The translations under genes were made by a program, and so were the position numbers. Below are positions 57,928-64,000 of a stretch of 64,000 nucleotides of DNA, in pieces. The DNA comes from a virus. Its lineage: Duplodnaviria; Caudoviricetes. Every line of letters begins with the position of its first letter. The stretch's first letter is position 1. Below the pieces are notes generated by a model. That model saw only the letters and a list, made by a program, of their open reading frames with translations, was not told the origin of the DNA and searched no databases. The stretch is from positions 40,718 to 104,717 of the IMG/VR virus record IMGVR_UViG_3300021295_000003; one strand, written 5' to 3'.

Positions 57928-58214
57928 GTTCATCTTCCGATAATGACAGTAACGAAGATGATACAACTGAAACTGTCAATATTTCAGTTACTGTAACTGA
58001 TGGTACTGACCCAGTGAAAGGAGCGATTGTTACTATTGGTGGTCAATCATGTGCTAATGGAACTGGTGATGCAGGAGGTTGTACTGTAAGTGGTGTTGCT
58101 ATTGGTGAAGGTGTTGAAGTCACTGTAACCTGTGAGGGTTATGTTGATTACACTGCTACTGAGGACATTACTGCAGAAACAACTACCATGTCAATTACAT
58201 TAACTGCCTCATGA
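57918..58214 (+). CDS. Ig-like capsid extension in the -1 frame
   Basis: Frame open from 57909; no RBS or ATG; Ser/Asp linker then a domain paralogous to 17123-17584. Confidence 0.65.
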   Translation, partial: KGVSSSSDNDSNEDDTTETVNISVTVTDGTDPVKGAIVTIGGQSCANGTGDAGGCTVSGVAIGEGVEVTVTCEGYVDYTATEDITAETTTMSITLTAS

Positions 58215-58217
58215 TGA

Positions 58218-58254
58218 TGGAGAATAATACTATTCTCCGTTATTTCTTTTTTTA
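58218..58254 (+). terminator. Hairpin plus T-tract
   Basis: GGAGAATA/TATTCTCC then T-run. Confidence 0.55.
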
Positions 58255-58300
58255 AATTAACACAACTTTTAATTATATAAGACTAGTAGGTGATTTATCC

Positions 58301-58789
58301 ATGACTAATGATGTTACATATAGCAGTACAATTGAAAATTGGATAATTTCAAACCTAGATGGATGGCGAATCGAAAACCAAACTGAAGAACCTGAAACTA
58401 CTACTGAAATTAACCCATACATGACAACTGCTGAAGCAAACGAAAAAGCCAATAAAGTAATCACCAGTAATGAATGCCAATTATTCTATGAAGAAACATT
58501 AGATATGGCATACATGCATACTAACAGATTAAACATTGATGACTTAACTGAAGTGGAATCAAGAGTATTCCTAAGAGCCGTGTGTAAATGGACAGCCAGT
58601 AACTTATGGAATAAATATAACATTCGTGTAAATAATGAGGACCTGGAAGACACTTACATACAATCCTACGGTGGATTACTCTATCATTCAGCAATAAAAA
58701 CCTTATCTCAATTCATTAATCAAAGAGTAAAAAGCATGACAAATCTCACTGGAGATACTGAAGACAATAATGATTTATGGATAGTGTAA
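58301..58789 (+). CDS. Putative head-tail adaptor
   Basis: 162 aa after the MCP. Confidence 0.55.
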   Translation: MTNDVTYSSTIENWIISNLDGWRIENQTEEPETTTEINPYMTTAEANEKANKVITSNECQLFYEETLDMAYMHTNRLNIDDLTEVESRVFLRAVCKWTASNLWNKYNIRVNNEDLEDTYIQSYGGLLYHSAIKTLSQFINQRVKSMTNLTGDTEDNNDLWIV

Positions 58790-58793
58790 AGTT

Positions 58794-59312
58794 ATGTCAG
58801 GATTCATACCAGACCTTACTACACGTGTAAGTGTTGAAATAGATACAACTGACATTAATGATGCTATCAGTAGAATCTCAGGTACAATACTTGAAGATGT
58901 ATTTACAGAGGAATTGGAAGATGCTAAGAATACATTGGAAAACTTGAAACAACCATTAACTCAGGCAGTGGCTGAAGGATTGCAATCAAACCAGGAAATG
59001 ATAATCTCATCCAAACATTCCATTAGTAATATGATGGCTAATAGTGTAGACCTCTCCAATGATGGAGATGACATCCTGGTTGGAAATACTGCTATGACTG
59101 TTGATGGATTTCCATATCCATTAGCTATTGAAACTGGAAGTAAGGACCATTGGGTTGCTCCAGTAACATTTGATGTTTTACACTGGACAGATGGTGGTAA
59201 GGATTACTACAGTAAAGGACATATGGTTAGTGGAATCACAGCAGATCCATTCGTAGAACCAAGTATTGAAAACACCATGTGGGATATTGATGAAATTTTT
59301 AGTGATTTATAA
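58794..59312 (+). CDS. HK97 gp10-like neck/tail protein
   Basis: YPLAIETG..H, G....PF motif. Confidence 0.65.
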   Translation: MSGFIPDLTTRVSVEIDTTDINDAISRISGTILEDVFTEELEDAKNTLENLKQPLTQAVAEGLQSNQEMIISSKHSISNMMANSVDLSNDGDDILVGNTAMTVDGFPYPLAIETGSKDHWVAPVTFDVLHWTDGGKDYYSKGHMVSGITADPFVEPSIENTMWDIDEIFSDL

Positions 59313-59330
59313 AATGGAGAGATAATTTTT

Positions 59331-59804
59331 ATGACTGATACTGATATGACTTCAGATATACTAATCTACAATGTATTGCATTCCTGTGAAGATGAATTCA
59401 TACAGAAATGTAACTTGAAATTCATAGACCAATCCGTTCCAGCACAGGAAGATGACACTATCTACATAGCAGTTATCGACTTGGAAACAAAACAGGAATT
59501 ATTCAATGATACAGAATACAGGGCATTAGTTAACATTTATGTGAAAACCAAAGATACTGATTACATTAGTGGTTCAAGGTTTCTTCGTACTGTTATCAAA
59601 CATATTAAAACTGTATTACGTAATGATGAGGAATGTAAAAGTAGAAAAATCGTATTCAGAAACACTACCTATGAATATGGTAGTAAATACACATTAAAAG
59701 GAATGCATTTAATAGTTCAATTACTGGAATACGAAAGCAAATCCTCAGATGTGGAATTTGAATGTGTTAATTTAAATGATGACTTTGATATTGAAATACA
59801 ATAA
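59331..59804 (+). CDS. Putative tail terminator
   Basis: 157 aa before the sheath. Confidence 0.5.
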   Translation: MTDTDMTSDILIYNVLHSCEDEFIQKCNLKFIDQSVPAQEDDTIYIAVIDLETKQELFNDTEYRALVNIYVKTKDTDYISGSRFLRTVIKHIKTVLRNDEECKSRKIVFRNTTYEYGSKYTLKGMHLIVQLLEYESKSSDVEFECVNLNDDFDIEIQ

Positions 59805-59819
59805 AAGGGGCATTAAATA

Positions 59820-60005
59820 ATGGCTAAGAAAAAAGAAAAAGAACCAACTTTCAACTGGAGAGATTCATTACATGAAATGGAAATCCCACAAATGCTAAAA
59901 GCTGGTATCAAATATTACATTGAAATCAATGACTTAACTCCAAAAAACAATAAGGACCTGGAGAAAATCATTGATGATTACAGTAAAATAAAACTAGGAG
60001 AATAA
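59820..60005 (+). CDS. Small hypothetical protein
   Basis: 61 aa. Confidence 0.5.
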   Translation: MAKKKEKEPTFNWRDSLHEMEIPQMLKAGIKYYIEINDLTPKNNKDLEKIIDDYSKIKLGE

Positions 60006-60010
60006 AACTT

Positions 60011-61054
60011 ATGACAGCTAATATTCCTAAAATACAAGTTTATAATAAGAAAAACCCTGTCAATGCTATTCCTGGAATGGCTGGTAAAATTGCAGTAATC
60101 GGTGCATTTGATAGTGAGGAAACCGAACCATTATTCATTAATGATTTGGATGCAGCTTATACTCAACTTGGAACAGATACTACATTCAACGGTGTAAAAG
60201 TATTAGACAAATTATTCTATGGTGCAAGTGGAATTATTGCAGTTAACATTACCACCAAAACTGGTAGTACTGTAGATAAATCCATTATTACTACAAAATT
60301 AACAACTGCATTAGCTAAAATTAAAAAAGAATCATTTGACATGTTATTCATTGCAGATACATTAACAGATGAATTCATGCCAATAATCACAGCATTCACT
60401 GATGACAGATACTTAAACAAACTACCTATCGGTTATGTTGGATGTGTAACAACCACCAGTGAAACATGTGCAGCTACAGCAGCATTACAATCAGATGCAT
60501 GTTACGGAATCATAACCCAGGCAGTAACTGTTAATGGAACTGCATATGATCTACTTGAAACTGCAGCATACTACTGTGGCGTGATTGCAAGTACAAACAT
60601 TGGTTCCAGCATGACTGCTAAACAAGTTCCTGGAGTAACTGCATTAACAACAAGTCACACTTTCGAAGATGGAGACCTTGGAAAAACATTGGTTGGACTT
60701 GGATACACTGTATTAAACTGTTATGACAGAGAAAACAGTATCTACGAAGTAGTTAACAGTGAACAATTCAACGGTTATGATTTATACATTAACCGTGTAC
60801 GTGACTATGTAATTCGTGAGTTAGCATTACACCAATTCCTAGGTGAAAGAAACCGTACTGCAACCTACAGTGAAATTCAACAAGAAGTGGACCGTGTGAA
60901 AGCTAAATGTGTTAAAACATTAGATTTACTCGCTGATATTGAATACAACATTGTTAGGAAAAATAGTAAATGCGTTGATATTAACATTACCAAATTATTG
61001 TTTGATGATATTATCATTGACATTGATGTTTATGTTACAATTGAGGTGCAATAA
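60011..61054 (+). CDS. Tail sheath protein (minimal)
   Basis: 347 aa; IAVIGAF N-terminus, AAY..G..A, L...G...L, RVRDY; followed by a small tube gene. Confidence 0.75.
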   Translation: MTANIPKIQVYNKKNPVNAIPGMAGKIAVIGAFDSEETEPLFINDLDAAYTQLGTDTTFNGVKVLDKLFYGASGIIAVNITTKTGSTVDKSIITTKLTTALAKIKKESFDMLFIADTLTDEFMPIITAFTDDRYLNKLPIGYVGCVTTTSETCAATAALQSDACYGIITQAVTVNGTAYDLLETAAYYCGVIASTNIGSSMTAKQVPGVTALTTSHTFEDGDLGKTLVGLGYTVLNCYDRENSIYEVVNSEQFNGYDLYINRVRDYVIRELALHQFLGERNRTATYSEIQQEVDRVKAKCVKTLDLLADIEYNIVRKNSKCVDINITKLLFDDIIIDIDVYVTIEVQ

Positions 61055-61056
61055 GT

Positions 61057-61461
61057 ATGGCAGATAAAGAAATTATCATTAACGGTAAAACCATGTTGCA
61101 TGGTAACGGTGTTAAAGATGGTGTTGAAACATCCACCAGCACTACTGTTTGTTTCGATGAAGTAGTGCCTCAAGGTTCACCAAACACCAGTTATACCTTG
61201 GAAATCGACAGGTTAGTTTATGAAACTAAAGAGGATTATGACTGGTTACGTGAGGAATTAGAAAAACTCAAATCAGTTCCAGGAATGATTACTACTCGTG
61301 AAATTATCAGATTCAAAGATTCAGAACCATTCGTAATTATTAAAAACTTTACTGACTGCATCCTTGATGGTAAAGATTACGAAATGAAACCTGAAGAACA
61401 ATCAGCACAATCATTGAAATTCATTTGTGGTGGTTGTGATGAAAGAACTGAGTATGTATAA
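61057..61461 (+). CDS. Tail tube protein
   Basis: 134 aa after the sheath. Confidence 0.7.
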   Translation: MADKEIIINGKTMLHGNGVKDGVETSTSTTVCFDEVVPQGSPNTSYTLEIDRLVYETKEDYDWLREELEKLKSVPGMITTREIIRFKDSEPFVIIKNFTDCILDGKDYEMKPEEQSAQSLKFICGGCDERTEYV

Positions 61462-61506
61462 TTTTTAAAAATATTTTTTCCCTCGTTTAATATATGTATT
61501 TTTTTT

Positions 61507-61550
61507 GAAGAAGACTTTAAAACTCAAATAAGGTCTTCTTCTTTTTTTTT
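61507..61550 (+). terminator. Hairpin plus T-tract
   Basis: GAAGAAGAC/GTCTTCTTC then T9. Confidence 0.6.
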
Positions 61551-61575
61551 AAAAAAATTATAAAGAAATAATGGA

Positions 61576-62007
61576 GTGAGATTACCAATGTCAAAAGTGG
61601 ATGATTTAAAAGCTGAAGAGTTAAACAGGCTTAATAATAATGATGATGAGATTTTCGATTTAGAAAGTTTAATTACTGATGGTGCAGATGCAAGATTTCC
61701 AATAATAGTGAAATTTCCGAAAGGTAACGAAACTGTAGAAGCAGCTGCTATGATAAGACCATTAACAAGTATTGAATTAAACAATCTCTCCAGGACATCA
61801 AGAGGTAGTAATGTATCTAATTTCGGTGTTGAATTATTGAAATTAGCATTATATACCAAAGATGGTAAGGAATTTCCAGTAGATCTATTAACTAAAATTC
61901 CAGCTGGAGTGGTTAATGAGTTATGTAATGAAATTTATAGGATAAGTGGAATCACTGTTGATAAAGCTGAAAATATGAAACTCGCAAAGCAAATGTTGGG
62001 GTTTTAG
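61576..62007 (+). CDS. Tail assembly chaperone (XkdN-like)
   Basis: IRPLT..E and G....L...I..ISG motifs. Confidence 0.75.
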   Translation: MRLPMSKVDDLKAEELNRLNNNDDEIFDLESLITDGADARFPIIVKFPKGNETVEAAAMIRPLTSIELNNLSRTSRGSNVSNFGVELLKLALYTKDGKEFPVDLLTKIPAGVVNELCNEIYRISGITVDKAENMKLAKQMLGF

Positions 62008-62177
62008 ATTTAGATGATGGTGATTTATCCTTTTTAACTTATGGTGTAATACATGGTTATCTCATTAACAATGGAGATATAAGTACAATGACACCTTTAC
62101 AACGAATGGCAATGGTTACAATCAATAAGATAATATTCAAATGGAAATCGAAAAACAAACCATTAGTAACAATATAA
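61998..62177 (+). CDS. Chaperone C-terminal extension in the -1 frame
   Basis: Open -1 frame after GGGGTTTTAG; ISTMTPLQR motif. Confidence 0.6.
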   Translation, partial: GVLDLDDGDLSFLTYGVIHGYLINNGDISTMTPLQRMAMVTINKIIFKWKSKNKPLVTI

Positions 62178-62196
62178 TGAGGGGAGGTTTAGAAGG

Positions 62197-64000
62197 TTGG
62201 CAGATAAAGAAATAAACATTAAAATTACAACCGAAACCGACACAGGACCTGTAGATGACTTGGCTAGTAGTGTTGAAGATTTACAATCTAACGCCGATGG
62301 TGCAAGTGAAAGTTTTGATGGTGCTGCTGAAAGTGCTGATGGACTTGGAGCTAGTACTGAAAGTGTTACTGGTGGTGGAATCGGAGATGCTGCTAGTGAA
62401 GCCGATGCCCTTGGTGAAAGTGCAAGTAATGCTGATGCTGAAGTTCAGAACCTGAACGTTGATTTAGGTATGATTGAAGCAGGAGCAATGATGGGAGTAG
62501 CTGACCAATTAGGACAGATTGGAGCAAATGCTGAAGGTATGGCACAGGAAATGAATGGTGCTGCAATCAGTGTAGGTCAATTATCTACTAATGTAGGAAT
62601 GGCAGAGCCTCAAATGGTTAGTTTGATTAACCATATCAGTAATGCTACATTTCCACAAAACGAAGCAATGGCATATGTTGGTGCTTTAAACCAAATGGGA
62701 GTGTCTGCAGATAAACTTGGAGACAGTGCTACCAACATGGACCGTATTAACGATGCTACTGGAATCGGATACACTAATGTAATGCAATTAACTCAAGGAT
62801 TGCAATCAGTAGGGGTATCAGCCGATAACTTACCATCAGCATTCAATGCAATTGCATATGCTCAGGCAAATGTTAATGGTGGAGCTGGAACATTAACTCA
62901 AGTACTGAAAAGACAAGCTTCTACCATTAATGAATATGGATTGAATACTGACCAACTTGTTTTAATCATGCAAAAACTCTCACAACAGGGAGTTCAAGGT
63001 ATGAAAATGGGTAGTGAGTTATCCAAAGTATTAAAAGAAAATAATGGTGACATTAGTGCTGTTGAACAATCACTTGGAATGCAAGCAGGCACATTAAGTA
63101 ATGCATCACAAGCAACAGGAGAATATGAAGGGCAATTGCAACAACTCGCTGATGAGGAAGCTGAACATAAAACTATTACAGACCAGTTAAACGCTGTATG
63201 GGAAGATGTAAGTCTCGCATTATCTCCAATACTCTCACCACTTGGAAGTTTCATGGGATTAATCGGACAAGCTGGAAGTTATGCAGTAGGAATCAATGGT
63301 CTAGTAACATTAGCACAATCCATGAATACCTTAAGAAATGCTGAAATCTTATCAACAATCGCAACAAAGGCAAGTGCTGCAGCTCAATGGTTACTTAACA
63401 TCGCAATGGATGCCAATCCAATCATGTTAGTAGTCCTGGCAATCATAGCATTAGTGGCAATTCTAGCTTACTTGTATTTCAACAATGAACAAGTACGGAA
63501 TGCAATCAATGCCTTAGGACAGACATTCGTATGGATTGGACAAGTCATATACACCAGTATAATGTCAGCAGTGAATACAGCAATAAGTTGGTTTAATACT
63601 CTACGAAATTATGTGGTTGGTTTCGCTAACAATTTCATAAACACTTTACGAAATGCAGCTGCAAATGCAGTTAATGGATTTGTATCTTATATTACACAGT
63701 TGCCTGGAAGACTCAAAGGCGAACTAGACAATATGTTACAAATGGCACAAAGTTTCATGATGGATATTGCTAACATGATGACAGGTGGTGCAGCTGGTAT
63801 GGTTGTCGGTTGGATCACTGGAAGTGGTGAGCATTCACCAGGTTACATGTATGATGCATTCCAAGGTGAATTGAAAGAAATGGAAAATATTGCTGAAGAC
63901 ACTAGTAGTAATTTGCCTAAAACTATTCGTGGAATTGGTAGTAATATTGTTGATGAGTTTGGAGAACCTACATTTAATTTAGGTTATGAGGATACTGCTA
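62197..64000 (+). CDS. Tape measure protein (module B), partial
   Basis: TTG start after GGGGAGG (MADKEINIKI...); AQWLLNIAMDANPI TM motif, EHSPG; runs off the window. Confidence 0.85.
   Translation, partial: MADKEINIKITTETDTGPVDDLASSVEDLQSNADGASESFDGAAESADGLGASTESVTGGGIGDAASEADALGESASNADAEVQNLNVDLGMIEAGAMMGVADQLGQIGANAEGMAQEMNGAAISVGQLSTNVGMAEPQMVSLINHISNATFPQNEAMAYVGALNQMGVSADKLGDSATNMDRINDATGIGYTNVMQLTQGLQSVGVSADNLPSAFNAIAYAQANVNGGAGTLTQVLKRQASTINEYGLNTDQLVLIMQKLSQQGVQGMKMGSELSKVLKENNGDISAVEQSLGMQAGTLSNASQATGEYEGQLQQLADEEAEHKTITDQLNAVWEDVSLALSPILSPLGSFMGLIGQAGSYAVGINGLVTLAQSMNTLRNAEILSTIATKASAAAQWLLNIAMDANPIMLVVLAIIALVAILAYLYFNNEQVRNAINALGQTFVWIGQVIYTSIMSAVNTAISWFNTLRNYVVGFANNFINTLRNAAANAVNGFVSYITQLPGRLKGELDNMLQMAQSFMMDIANMMTGGAAGMVVGWITGSGEHSPGYMYDAFQGELKEMENIAEDTSSNLPKTIRGIGSNIVDEFGEPTFNLGYEDTA

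Noticed and set aside
62255-63254. Track ORFs 62255-62455 and 62994-63254
   Set aside because: Off-frame or antisense to the tape measure gene starting at 62197
1-64000. Diversity-generating retroelement, retron or invertase shufflon
   Set aside because: No reverse transcriptase, no TR/VR pair and no serine invertase seen

Overview
AT-rich DNA of tailed archaeal virus (Caudoviricetes) origin. The host is most likely a pseudomurein-walled methanogen (Methanobacteriales, Methanobrevibacter-like). Evidence: BRE/TATA promoters, GGTGAT/GGAGG ribosome sites, a TFIIB-type Zn ribbon, an ERCC4 nuclease and a transglutaminase/Pei-like domain on the tape measure. No host housekeeping genes are visible. 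The window holds TWO distinct, divergently oriented head-tail modules. The siphovirus-type module on the - strand (1-24.5 kb) has a 2911-aa tape measure and an embedded intron-less tRNA-Trp. The myovirus-type module on the + strand (50.3-64 kb) has sheath and tube genes. Each starts with a homologous holin-like/coiled-coil gene pair. Between them lie a repeat-rich non-coding/early region (24.7-29.4 kb), an ArdC-like gene, a thioester-domain surface protein, a fragmented multi-TRD C5 methyltransferase with a poly-G frame break, structured non-coding RNAs, RHH regulators plus a tyrosine integrase, a recombination/replication block, and an array of small genes sharing an MTE(KRF) start. Oligonucleotide usage (GATC, CATG, CTAG, GATGC, GAWTC) switches inside that array at about 45.2-47.2 kb. 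The two halves therefore come from two lineages: either a recent recombinant/dual-virion genome or an assembly chimera. All calls were made by eye from motifs and synteny; no database searches were run.
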